47,566 bases of DNA, from the NCBI GenBank assembly GCA_964540285.1, contig CAZILW010000004.1:1-47566 (forward strand), written 5' to 3'. Below, piece after piece: positions 15,662-25,020 of this stretch. The notes beneath the pieces were generated by a model. The model was not told where the DNA came from, did not search any database, and worked only from the letters and a program-made list of their open reading frames with translations. The position numbers and the translations under genes were made by a program. Every line of letters begins with the position of its first letter. Positions within the stretch are counted from its first letter, which is position 1. This stretch comes from an uncultured Gammaproteobacteria bacterium (GTDB taxonomy: Bacteria > Patescibacteriota > Patescibacteriia > Patescibacteriales > UBA12465).

Positions 15662-16882
15662 ATGGAAGACAAAATAATAATAGATGATCAAAAAAGAAAA
15701 ATAATTGATGAGCTGTTGGAAAGAAGTGTGGCCGAGATATTGCCATCAAAAGAAGCCTTTAAAGAACTCTTACTTTCTGGTAAAAAAATTAGGTTTTATA
15801 TCGGAACAGATGCAACCGGCTCATCTCTTCATTTGGGGCACGCTACTAACTATATTATTTTTGAAAAATTGAGAAAACTCGGTCATGAAGCTGTGCTTTT
15901 AATTGGCGATTTTACAGCTAGAATTGGTGATCCATCTGATAAAACTTCAGCTAGACAGCAATTAAGTCGAGAAGATGTTCAAAATAATATAAAAACCTGG
16001 ATGAAACAATTAGAGCCATTAATTAACTTTAAGGATGAAGTTAATCCTCCGATTGTTAAATATAATCATGATTGGTTGGCTAAATTAAATTTTGAAGATT
16101 TAATAGGCATTGCCTCTAATTTTACAGTACAAAGAATGTTAGAAAGAGATATGTTTGAAAAGAGATTAAGAGAAGAAAAGCCTATTTATGTTCATGAATT
16201 TTTTTATCCATTAATGCAGGGCTATGACAGTGTGGCTATGGATGTTGATATGGAGCTTTGTGGTAATGATCAAAAATTTAATGCTCTAGCGGGAAGGACT
16301 TTACAAAAAAAATATAATAATAAAGAAAAGTTTGTTTTTATAACCACTCTGTTGGTAAACCCAGTAACAGGCGAAAAGATGATGTCTAAAAGTTTGGGTA
16401 CAGGAATATTTTTAGATTGTTCAGCCAATGATATGTTTGGCAAGGTGATGTCTCAAGCTGATGAAAATATTTATCAACTTTTTGTTGATTGTACTTTTGT
16501 TTCAATGGAGGAAATTAAAATTATTAAATCTAAATTAGACAAAGGAGAGGTTAATCCACGTGACTTAAAAGTTGATTTAGCTTATGAAATAGTTAAAATT
16601 TATCATGGTGAAGAAAAAGCCAAGGAGGCTAAAAATTATTTTATCTCTACTTTTTCTAAAAAAGAGATGCCCGATGAAATGCCGGAAATGAAACCAGAAA
16701 ATTATGATTTGCTCTCAATTTTAATTGAAGCGAAACTCTCAATCTCCAAAAGTGAGGCCAGAAGGGTGATTGATCAAGGTGGGGTCAAAGTTAATCAAGA
16801 AGTTATTAAAGATTATAACTTTGTAGTTTTAAGCGGGTCAATTGTTCAAAAGGGTAAAATTAATTTTATTAAAATTATTTAA
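15662..16882 (+). CDS. tyrS: Tyrosine--tRNA ligase
   Basis: HLGH, YPLMQGYDS, GNDQKFN, KMMSKS and a C-terminal S4-like domain. Confidence 0.96.
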   Translation: MEDKIIIDDQKRKIIDELLERSVAEILPSKEAFKELLLSGKKIRFYIGTDATGSSLHLGHATNYIIFEKLRKLGHEAVLLIGDFTARIGDPSDKTSARQQLSREDVQNNIKTWMKQLEPLINFKDEVNPPIVKYNHDWLAKLNFEDLIGIASNFTVQRMLERDMFEKRLREEKPIYVHEFFYPLMQGYDSVAMDVDMELCGNDQKFNALAGRTLQKKYNNKEKFVFITTLLVNPVTGEKMMSKSLGTGIFLDCSANDMFGKVMSQADENIYQLFVDCTFVSMEEIKIIKSKLDKGEVNPRDLKVDLAYEIVKIYHGEEKAKEAKNYFISTFSKKEMPDEMPEMKPENYDLLSILIEAKLSISKSEARRVIDQGGVKVNQEVIKDYNFVVLSGSIVQKGKINFIKII

Positions 16883-16899
16883 AATTAAAAAATAACAAG

Positions 16900-16926
16900 A
16901 AAAAGCCACTGTTTAGTGGCTTTTTT
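16900..16926. terminator. Bidirectional terminator between convergent genes
   Basis: AAAAAGCCACT-GTTT-AGTGGCTTTTTT. Confidence 0.8.
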
Positions 16927-16975
16927 GTTTGGTTGGCATTTTATAGGCACGCTTTTAAATTATAGCATACTTTTA

Positions 16976-17776
16976 TTAATTTGTCAAGTAGATTTCTGCT
17001 TCTTCAGAAGTCTCACTTGGTCTTTTGCCTGTATTTATAAACTCAACAATATCCTCCAAATTGGTCGGAGGGATTATTCTTTTCAGGAGAAACCATTCAC
17101 TGTTGCTTAGGTTTTTTCCTCCAATAGCCAGAGCGGTTTTGATTGAATTATCCAAATCTTTGATATTAATAAAAATTTTTAACAATCTTCCCAACTCTTC
17201 TCTGCCCAGATTTCCAGCTTTTCGAGCTGAAATTATAGCTAGGTCAAAATTTTTGTCCCGAAAGTAACCTTTAGACATCTTAATGTATTCAACGTCTTTA
17301 ATCATTTTTCCGGAAATTCTAGAACTACTTTCAGCTGATTTTAAATCAGTTTTTTCAATGTAAAAAGTTTGTAGCTGATAAGCTTCTTTAGGAGAAATGT
17401 CTTTTAGGTATTTTCTTACAGTGTCAAAAGGTTCTTGGTTTATTAAAATAATCGCATAAACCTCTTTAAAGTTTAAACTTCTTTTGGCTAGCAAAGCTGC
17501 TTGATGGGCTATTCTTAGCCTTCCGGTTTTAACATTGACCTTAACTATTTTCTCTAAATCTTTAGCTAATAAGCTTTGATTTAGTGTTTTGGCTGAGCTT
17601 AGCGCACCCTCTAGGTTTCCCTCCTTTATTTGATCTTTTAGGTGTTTTGACACTCTTTTAAGATCTTTTTGGTCAATTATTCCTGATTCAATTATGACAG
17701 AATCTTTTTGAGCTCTAATTTCCTTAGAAATAAATATGCTCAAAACAATAAGGGTTAGTAAAATTCTTGTTTTCAT
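16976..17776 (-). CDS. Hypothetical exported protein, probably alpha-helical repeat
   Basis: 266 aa with a signal-peptide-like N-terminus and recurring G-x-L-x-x-A-x-x-A-A-like helices. Confidence 0.75.
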   Translation of the reverse strand: MKTRILLTLIVLSIFISKEIRAQKDSVIIESGIIDQKDLKRVSKHLKDQIKEGNLEGALSSAKTLNQSLLAKDLEKIVKVNVKTGRLRIAHQAALLAKRSLNFKEVYAIILINQEPFDTVRKYLKDISPKEAYQLQTFYIEKTDLKSAESSSRISGKMIKDVEYIKMSKGYFRDKNFDLAIISARKAGNLGREELGRLLKIFINIKDLDNSIKTALAIGGKNLSNSEWFLLKRIIPPTNLEDIVEFINTGKRPSETSEEAEIYLTN

Positions 17777-17917
17777 TATATTTGAGTTTTTGGTTTGGTC
17801 TGTTTTAAAAGAACTAGTTAACTACTTATTCTAACAAGATTATAATAAAAATTCAATACTTTTATGGTTTTATTGGAATTTTAAACTTAGATATGTCATA
17901 ATATATAAAAGGTTTTT

Positions 17918-19336
17918 ATGAATAATCAAAAATTTAAAATTTATTTGAATATTTTTTTGTTGTTTATTTTCTTTGTTTTGTTTTTTCTTTATTTTTCTCC
18001 CTTCGGTTATATTTCTTATCAGAAAAATTTCACTAAAAAACAAAATACTTTTTTAGGTGGCAAGGGTTCAATATATAAACTGGGGCCAAATGACAGACTG
18101 CTTGATAATAACAAAATTATCGGAGAGCCAGTTTATTTTTATTTAAAAACAAACAGGCTGTTTGACCTAGCTAAGATGGAAATTGAATACGAAATAAGTG
18201 ATCAGGTTTTTGAAAATAATCAATATGTTAATTTAGAGGCTGGTATTCTTTTAAATAAAGATAATTGGAATTATAAGCTGTATCCAGTTTATAATAATAT
18301 TTTAAATTTTTTGTATAACAGCTGGCACAAAGAAATGAAACAGGATGGTCTTGTTTTTTTACAAAAAGAAGATAGATTTTCTAATTTAGATGAATATCTT
18401 GATCAAAAAGATTTTTCTTCTCTTCTGACTTATAATTATAAACTGAATAATGATTTTGTTTTGGCTGACTATGAGTTTGGAGAAAATAATATTTATAAGA
18501 TTCCAAAAATTCGGGGCTCTCACGTTTTTTATACTTATGTGAAAAATGAAAATTTAAAATTTGATTTTTCCCTTAGAAATTTAAATTTAGAAAATGAAGA
18601 AAAAGCTGATGTTTTTGTTTATCTAAATCAGGATGTTATTTTTTCCAAAAATTTTTCAAACGAGGAGCTGAAATTCAATCCCACCCTTTCTTTAAATATC
18701 GCTGACCTGCCAGAAAGTGTTTATAAAGTAGAAATTAGAATTAGTGATAATGTGGTGGTCGAGGATTTTATTTCTTATATGAATAAGTTGGTTTTTTTGC
18801 ATAAGCTTAATTTATATGAGACGAAAGACGGTTTTCACTTTTTTTCCAGTAAAGCTAATTTAAGAGTAAAGTCTTTAGACGCCAAATGTTTAGCTGGTAT
18901 TGATGTTAATAATAAATCCTTTGAGATTAATCAAATTTATAAGCAATTTAATGTTCAATCTTTTGAGCAAAACATAAACACTATCAGCTCTAAATCCTGT
19001 GGAATGTTAATTGAATCAAGTGGTTTGTTTTCTTTCTCTAAAGAATCATTTTTTAACCCCTTAAGCACAGCCCTGTCATCAGATGTTTTTTTTGATAATT
19101 ATGACTTTGTAATAGCTAATTACGATTTGCCCAAGGAAAAAGGCAATTTTTACGTGTCCACTTTAGATATTGATTTAAAAGGTGCTTACAGAGAAAAAAA
19201 TGAATATCGTTTTATAATTTCCGCTCCATTTTTAAGGGGAGACAAGCCCGATGAATATTTATTAATTAAAAATATTAAAATAGAACTTCGAGGAAAAAGT
19301 ATTTTTGAAAAAATAAAAAGTCATTTTAATTTATGA
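17918..19336 (+). CDS. Hypothetical membrane-anchored protein
   Basis: 472 aa with an N-terminal TM segment; its stop overlaps the next start (ATGA). Confidence 0.82.
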   Translation: MNNQKFKIYLNIFLLFIFFVLFFLYFSPFGYISYQKNFTKKQNTFLGGKGSIYKLGPNDRLLDNNKIIGEPVYFYLKTNRLFDLAKMEIEYEISDQVFENNQYVNLEAGILLNKDNWNYKLYPVYNNILNFLYNSWHKEMKQDGLVFLQKEDRFSNLDEYLDQKDFSSLLTYNYKLNNDFVLADYEFGENNIYKIPKIRGSHVFYTYVKNENLKFDFSLRNLNLENEEKADVFVYLNQDVIFSKNFSNEELKFNPTLSLNIADLPESVYKVEIRISDNVVVEDFISYMNKLVFLHKLNLYETKDGFHFFSSKANLRVKSLDAKCLAGIDVNNKSFEINQIYKQFNVQSFEQNINTISSKSCGMLIESSGLFSFSKESFFNPLSTALSSDVFFDNYDFVIANYDLPKEKGNFYVSTLDIDLKGAYREKNEYRFIISAPFLRGDKPDEYLLIKNIKIELRGKSIFEKIKSHFNL

Positions 19337-19524
19337 GAGGTATCTTTCAAAAAAACAGTTTAAATTTTATACAAGAATTTTTTTATTTTTTAGGAAAGTT
19401 TTTATTGTTATCTTTTGTTTTAGAAATCTTTTTACCAGGAATTGTCTTAACTTATGTTAATTTAAATGTATTTTTATTTTTGTTTTTATTAACCTTTTTT
19501 TTGTTAATTTTTTTAAAAAAATAA
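19333..19524 (+). CDS. Small two-TM membrane protein
   Basis: 63 aa, LEIFLPGIV between two hydrophobic helices; ATGA coupling to the upstream gene. Confidence 0.65.
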   Translation: MRGIFQKNSLNFIQEFFYFLGKFLLLSFVLEIFLPGIVLTYVNLNVFLFLFLLTFFLLIFLKK

Positions 19525-19546
19525 ATAATAAGATTAATTAATTTAT

Positions 19547-21610
19547 ATGAAATTAGAAAATTTTTTAAAGCCCAAACAAATTGCTATTTTAGGTGCTTCT
19601 AGTGATAAAAAAAAGATAGGTAGGATTATATTAGATAATGTTTCTCTGAATAAAAAAGTAAAGATTTTTCCAATAAATCTTAAAGAAAAAAGTATAGCTG
19701 GTTTTAAGGCCTATTCCGATTTGTCTTTATTGCCATTAAAAAATTTTTCTCAATTACTTTTAGTTATTGCCATTCCGGCTAGATTTGTTTTAGAAGAAAT
19801 AATTAAGGCCTCTAGATTGGGAATAAAAAATGTGGTTATTATTAGCGCTGGCTTTAAAGAGGCTGGACCCGAGGGCTTAGAAATGGAAAAAAAGATAATA
19901 GAAATAGCTAAGAAGAAAAAAATTAATATTTTAGGTCCAAATTGTCTAGGGTTTATAAATATTAATAACAACCTTAATGTCAGTTTTAGTAATTACTTGC
20001 CAGATCAAAAAATCAAACGTCAAAATAATGTGGCTTTTTTGTCACAGTCGGGTGCTATTGGTAGCGCTGTTTTAGATTGGTTGGAAAATAAAAATATCGG
20101 CTTGTCTTGTTTTGTTAGTTTGGGTAATAAGTCGGGATTAAATGAGAATGATTTTTTCGAATTTTTTTATAAAGACAAAAAAACTGACTTGATTATTGCT
20201 TATTTGGAAGAAATTTCTGAAGGAGGTCGTTTTTTAGAAGTTATTTCAAAAATATCTAAGGTAAAGCCAGTGGCAATTCTTAAAGCGGGTCGAACTTTAG
20301 CCGGCAGTCAAATGGCCATGTCTCATACTGGTAGTTTGGCTGGATCAAATCAGGCCATAATGACCGCCCTGGAAAGATCGGGTGCAATTATTTTAGAAAA
20401 TATTAGTCAAATTTATAATTTAATGAGATTAATTAAAGGGTCTTTAAATATTAAAAATGGTGACTTAGCTATAATCTCTAATGCCGGAGGACCAACTGTT
20501 TTAGCTAGTGACGAGGCTTTTGAAAATAAAATAATTTTAAAAAATTTTTCTCAGAAAACAATTAAAGAATTAAAAAATATTTTACCAAAATTTGCTCATG
20601 TTAAAAATCCTTTGGATATTTTAGGTGATGCTGATTCTTTGCGCTATAAAAAAAGCTTAGAGTTTGTTTTAGATGATCCAAAAATATCTAGTGTTTTGGT
20701 TCTTTTAACTTTACAAAGCATGACTGATGTTGAAAATATTGCCAAGATAATATCAGATTTAAAAAGTAAATATAAAAATAAATTTATTTGTACCTGTTTT
20801 TTGGGTGGTCGAGGTTTATCGGCTGCTAAAAAAATATTAGCTGACAATTTGGTTTCTAATTTTGATTCAGTGGAGGAGGCCATTTCGGTTTTGTCTAAGA
20901 CTTTAAATTATTACAATAAAAGAGAAAAAATAAAGACTTACAAGAAATCATTTAAAACAAATAGAAATGTTTTTGTTAAAAACGAAGTTATTGATTATTT
21001 AAGTTCTTTTGATTTGTTTGAAAGACAAAATTTAAATATTATTAAAACTGATAAAATCGATTATAGTAATTTTAAAAAAATAAAATATCCAATTGTTATT
21101 AAATTTGTTGGACCTGATTTTATTCATAAAAGTGATCGGGGTGGTATTTTTTTAAATATTAAAAATTACTTAGAAGCTCAATCCGTTTTAGATATACTGG
21201 AGGGCGACATTAAAAAGAAAAAAATATCAGATAAAAATTATGCAGTTTATCAAGCAATGACTAATTATGATTTTGAGCTTATTTTAGGGGTTAAGAGAGA
21301 TCCTGTTTTTGGCCCTTTATTGATGTTCGGCTTGGGTGGAATATATGCTGAAATTTATAAAGATGTTTCTTTTGAATTAAGTGATTTAAATAAGCAGAGG
21401 GCAATGGAAATGATTAAAAGTGTAAAAGCCTTTGAAATTTTAAATGGAGCTAGGGGTCGCCAAGCGATAAATTTTGATAAATTAGTTGAAGTTATTTTAA
21501 AATTAGCTAAAATAGTTAATCAAAATCCTAATTTTCATGAAATTGACCTTAATCCACTTTTGGTAAGCGGCAAAGATATTAAAATTGCTGATATCAGAAT
21601 TGTAATTTAA
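19547..21610 (+). CDS. Acetate--CoA ligase (ADP-forming), fused alpha/beta subunits
   Basis: GAS...IG, ISAGFKE, GPNCLG, SQSGA, SHTGSLAG, NAGGP, NPLDILGDA, HKSDRGG and EIDLNP. Confidence 0.92.
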   Translation: MKLENFLKPKQIAILGASSDKKKIGRIILDNVSLNKKVKIFPINLKEKSIAGFKAYSDLSLLPLKNFSQLLLVIAIPARFVLEEIIKASRLGIKNVVIISAGFKEAGPEGLEMEKKIIEIAKKKKINILGPNCLGFININNNLNVSFSNYLPDQKIKRQNNVAFLSQSGAIGSAVLDWLENKNIGLSCFVSLGNKSGLNENDFFEFFYKDKKTDLIIAYLEEISEGGRFLEVISKISKVKPVAILKAGRTLAGSQMAMSHTGSLAGSNQAIMTALERSGAIILENISQIYNLMRLIKGSLNIKNGDLAIISNAGGPTVLASDEAFENKIILKNFSQKTIKELKNILPKFAHVKNPLDILGDADSLRYKKSLEFVLDDPKISSVLVLLTLQSMTDVENIAKIISDLKSKYKNKFICTCFLGGRGLSAAKKILADNLVSNFDSVEEAISVLSKTLNYYNKREKIKTYKKSFKTNRNVFVKNEVIDYLSSFDLFERQNLNIIKTDKIDYSNFKKIKYPIVIKFVGPDFIHKSDRGGIFLNIKNYLEAQSVLDILEGDIKKKKISDKNYAVYQAMTNYDFELILGVKRDPVFGPLLMFGLGGIYAEIYKDVSFELSDLNKQRAMEMIKSVKAFEILNGARGRQAINFDKLVEVILKLAKIVNQNPNFHEIDLNPLLVSGKDIKIADIRIVI

Positions 21611-21628
21611 ATATTAATTTTTTTTAAA

Positions 21629-23299
21629 ATGATTATAGCTTTAAAAAATTTTTTTAAAAAAAGAACCAAGGGAATAGCTGCTGCCGCTATTTTAGTTGGC
21701 GCTTTTTCTTTGTTTTCCAGGATATTGGGAATTTTTCGTGATCGAATTTTGGCTGGCCAGTTTGGTGCTGGTGATATTTTAGATGCTTATTATTCTGCTT
21801 TCCGTATTCCAGATTTAATTTATAATTTAATTGTCCTAGGAGCTTTGTCGGCTGGGTTTATTCCGATTTTTTCTAGTTTGATTAAAAAAATGAATTGTGA
21901 TGAAAATTATTATTTTTGTTTTTCTAAAAATGAAAATAAAGAAGCTTGGAATCTGGTCAGTAATATTTTAAATATATTAACTTTTTGTCTTTTGGGCTTG
22001 TCTTTGCTTGGTGCAATTTTAGCCCCTTCTTTAGTCTCTTTAATCGCTCCTGGTTTTTCAGATGAATTAAAAGAGATTACAGTTACTATGACTAGAATTA
22101 TGTTTTTTTCTCCAGTTTTTTTGGGTATTTCTAGTATTTTGGGTGGAGTATTGCAGTCTTTTAAAAATTTTTTAGTTTTTTCTTTAGCTCCTATTTTTTA
22201 TAATTTAGGTATTATTTGTGGTGCAATTTTTTTTGTTCCAGTTTTGGGTATTTCCGGATTGGCCTGGGGGGTTGTTTTGGGAGCTTTTATGCATATGCTT
22301 ATTCAAGCTCCTTCAGTTAGGTCTTTGGGTTTTTCTTGGAGATTTATTGTAAATATTTATGATAAAAATTTGAGAAAGATTTTAATAATGATGGTTCCTA
22401 GAACTTTAAGTCTAGCTATAGCTCAAATTAACTTATTGGTTATCACTATTATAGCTTCAACCCTGGCTAGCGGCTCCTTAGCTGTTTTTAATTTCGCTAA
22501 CAACTTACAAAGCTTTCCTATTGGAGTTTTTGGAATATCTTTTGCAGTAGCAGCTTTCCCTACTTTAGCTGCCACAGCTTTTGATCATAAAAAACTAATT
22601 AGTCATTTTTCTTATGCCTTGAGACAAATACTATTTTTTATAATACCCTCTACGGTTCTTTTAATAACCTTAAGAGCTCAAATAATTCGTGTTATTTTGG
22701 GAACAGGAGAGTTTTCTTGGAGAGATACTATATTAACTATAGATTCTTTGGGTTTTTTTGCTTTAAGTTTATTTGCCCAGGCCACAATTCCTCTTTTAGT
22801 AAGAGTTTTTTATGCTCGAGAAAATTCTAAAACACCATTTTATATTGGTTTAATTGTTGTGGTGGTAAATATTTTTCTTTCATTATTTTTGGGAAAAAGA
22901 ATGGGCGTTTCTGGTTTGGCTTTAGCTTTTTCGCTTTCTAGTATTTTAAATTTTATGATTTTATGGATGTGGCTTTATTTTGAAATTGGAGATTTAGATC
23001 AGAAAAAAATAATGACCTCTGTTGTTAAATTTTCCATTGCAGCTTTGGTTTCTGGAATTTTTATTCAAATTGGAAAAGTTTTTATTTGGCCCTTTATTGA
23101 TATGACTAAGTTTTGGGGAGTTTTAATACAGGGTTTTGTTGCTGGTCTTATTGGTCTTTCTGTTTATTTTTTCTTGTGTTATTTAATGAAAACAGAAGAA
23201 ATGTTAGAGTTAATAGAGGTTGTTAAAAAGAAAATGCCTTTTGGTAAAAAGATTAAAAGAGAGGAAATTAGTGATCAAAGTGAGGCTAGAGGTTTATAG
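21629..23299 (+). CDS. murJ: Lipid II flippase MurJ (MviN)
   Basis: SRILGIFRD, FGAG, AFRIPD, LSAGFIP and many TM helices. Confidence 0.95.
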   Translation: MIIALKNFFKKRTKGIAAAAILVGAFSLFSRILGIFRDRILAGQFGAGDILDAYYSAFRIPDLIYNLIVLGALSAGFIPIFSSLIKKMNCDENYYFCFSKNENKEAWNLVSNILNILTFCLLGLSLLGAILAPSLVSLIAPGFSDELKEITVTMTRIMFFSPVFLGISSILGGVLQSFKNFLVFSLAPIFYNLGIICGAIFFVPVLGISGLAWGVVLGAFMHMLIQAPSVRSLGFSWRFIVNIYDKNLRKILIMMVPRTLSLAIAQINLLVITIIASTLASGSLAVFNFANNLQSFPIGVFGISFAVAAFPTLAATAFDHKKLISHFSYALRQILFFIIPSTVLLITLRAQIIRVILGTGEFSWRDTILTIDSLGFFALSLFAQATIPLLVRVFYARENSKTPFYIGLIVVVVNIFLSLFLGKRMGVSGLALAFSLSSILNFMILWMWLYFEIGDLDQKKIMTSVVKFSIAALVSGIFIQIGKVFIWPFIDMTKFWGVLIQGFVAGLIGLSVYFFLCYLMKTEEMLELIEVVKKKMPFGKKIKREEISDQSEARGL

Positions 23300-23387
23300 T
23301 TTTTATAGCAAGTTGTTTTAAAAGGGAGAGTGGTAAAAATTCTCTCTTTTTTAATTTAATTTTTTTTTTGCTATAATAATTATAGAA

Positions 23388-23619
23388 TAGGATTATTAAG
23401 ACTATTAGGATTTTTAGGATTCCACTTTTTCCCTTTGTCACCCCAGCGAGTCGCGTGCGAGCGAAGTGAGCTATACGCGACGAAAGCTGGGGTCCAGGGT
23501 AGACGCCTAAATACTTTATTAACTAAAATAAACATTATAAATATGATTTAAAAAAATTAATTTAATGTTTTTTTATCCTAATTATCTTAAATCTCTTAAT
23601 TATCCTAAATATCTTTAAA
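23388..23619. repeat. Two inverted arrays of degenerate 9-nt tandem units
   Basis: TAGGATTAT/TAAGACTAT/TAGGATTTT/TAGGATTCC (23388-23423) and ATCCTAATT/ATCTTAAAT/CTCTTAATT/ATCCTAAAT/ATCTTTAAA (23575-23619). Confidence 0.6.
23436..23497 (+). repeat. REP-like palindrome with a nested 32-nt hairpin in its loop
   Basis: TGTC-ACCCCAGC-GA[GTCGCGTGCGAGCGAAGTGAGCTATACGCGAC]GAAA-GCTGGGGT-CCAG. Confidence 0.8.
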
Positions 23620-23651
23620 AAAATATTAACATAATTAATACAAAAAATTAT

Positions 23652-23692
23652 GTCGCGTAAAGACACTCGTTCTTGGCTCGTATCCACGCGAC
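23652..23692 (-). repeat. 41-nt hairpin related to the 32-nt element, opposite strand
   Basis: The reverse complement GTCGCGTG-GATACGAGCCAAGAACGAGTGTCTT-TACGCGAC shares both 8-nt arms with 23450-23481. Confidence 0.7.
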
Positions 23693-23707
23693 TAGATTAT
23701 TAAAGCT

Positions 23708-24937
23708 ATGTTCAATCAAAAAACTGTAAGAATACAAAATCTTGCGTTCAAAAAAGCTTTCACCCTTATCGAATTACTAGTGGTAATAGCCATTATTGGA
23801 ATACTTGCCACATTAGCGGTTGTTGCTTTACAGCAAGCCAGATCTCGAGCTAGAGATTCCAAGAGAATAGCCGATATGAGGCAAATTCAAACTTCTTTAG
23901 AATTATTTTTTAATGAAAATGGAAGATATCCTACTGTCCAAGAATGGAATAGCGGAACCATAACATCTTCTTTGTCTCAAGAAATTTTTATGTACAATAT
24001 CCCCTCTGCCCCTACTCCAGCAGACGGAGACTGCCAACCAGCATCTAATACTTATGTTTACATTCCTCAAAACAATGGTGCCAGTTATACCATAGATTTC
24101 TGTACTGGCAAACAAGTATCAGATCTACCTGAGGGAGTCAAGCAAATGACCCCGGGAGGAATAATTTTTGATAATATTATTTCAGGAGGGGAAGGGGCTG
24201 TCATTTATATTTTAAATTTTGATGCTCAGGGAGGAGATGTTAGTCCAGAAAATAAAACGGTTACTTATACTCAGGAAGTAGGAGTTTTGCCCGTACCAAC
24301 TAGGAGTGGATATATTTTTCAAGGATGGAATTCTCAAGTAGATGGTAGTGGAGAAACTTATACATCAAGCACTGTTTATAGTTTGAATAATAATTTTACT
24401 ATATATGCAATTTGGGAGGGTCCAGTTGGACTGTCTATTGGTGATTATTTTCAAGGTGGTAAGGTAGCTTATATATTGCAAAGTGGAGATGTTGGTTATA
24501 TAAATGACGGTATTCAGAGGGGTTTAATAGTTGAGTTGGGAGAAGACTATGTACAAAAAACTAACATTCCCTGGGGTTGTTCAGGAACTTTAATTGGGAC
24601 TAGCATTGGTTTTGGTTCGGGTCCTTCTAACACAAGCGCTATCGTATCTGCTTGTTCTACGTCTAATATACCAGCTAAAATTTGTAATAACTATGTTAAT
24701 GTCGATACTGGCACAGGTGTTTATAGTGATTGGTATTTGCCTAGCATGAATGAAATCTATAAATTTAGAGATTATAGAGAGGTTTTAAATATTTGGAGTG
24801 GACCAGCTGATCAAAGATATATACACAGCTCTTCGGAGGCTAGTGCTACTGAAATTTGGAGATTTCAAATGAATGGTATTGGTGAAAAAAGGAATAAAAC
24901 TGCCAACTACGAAGTTTGGTGTGTTAGATCGTTTTAA
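23708..24937 (+). CDS. Type IV pilin/pseudopilin-like protein with InlB B-repeat-like and C-terminal DUF1566-like (C-type lectin fold) domains
   Basis: KKA|[17 protein letters not shown] and [20 protein letters not shown]; LNFDAQGG...[15 protein letters not shown]...IYAIW; IGDYFQGG...WYLPSMNE...SSSE...VWCVRSF. Confidence 0.88.
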   Translation: MFNQKTVRIQNLAFKKAFTLIELLVVIAIIGILATLAVVALQQARSRARDSKRIADMRQIQTSLELFFNENGRYPTVQEWNSGTITSSLSQEIFMYNIPSAPTPADGDCQPASNTYVYIPQNNGASYTIDFCTGKQVSDLPEGVKQMTPGGIIFDNIISGGEGAVIYILNFDAQGGDVSPENKTVTYTQEVGVLPVPTRSGYIFQGWNSQVDGSGETYTSSTVYSLNNNFTIYAIWEGPVGLSIGDYFQGGKVAYILQSGDVGYINDGIQRGLIVELGEDYVQKTNIPWGCSGTLIGTSIGFGSGPSNTSAIVSACSTSNIPAKICNNYVNVDTGTGVYSDWYLPSMNEIYKFRDYREVLNIWSGPADQRYIHSSSEASATEIWRFQMNGIGEKRNKTANYEVWCVRSF

Positions 24938-25020
24938 TTTTCTTGCTTAAACCTTTTCAATATATTACAATATAAAAAAGGGCCTAAAGACCCCTAATAT
25001 TTGTTTTATTTAATTAATTT

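Noticed and set aside
16372-16395. KMMSKS in TyrRS (and KMSKR in LeuRS) as novel features
   Set aside because: These are minor variants of the KMSKS loop and all other motifs are intact.
24800-25020. Complete DGR locus
   Set aside because: No reverse transcriptase or adenine-variant template repeat was found by eye in the window; kept only as a candidate target.
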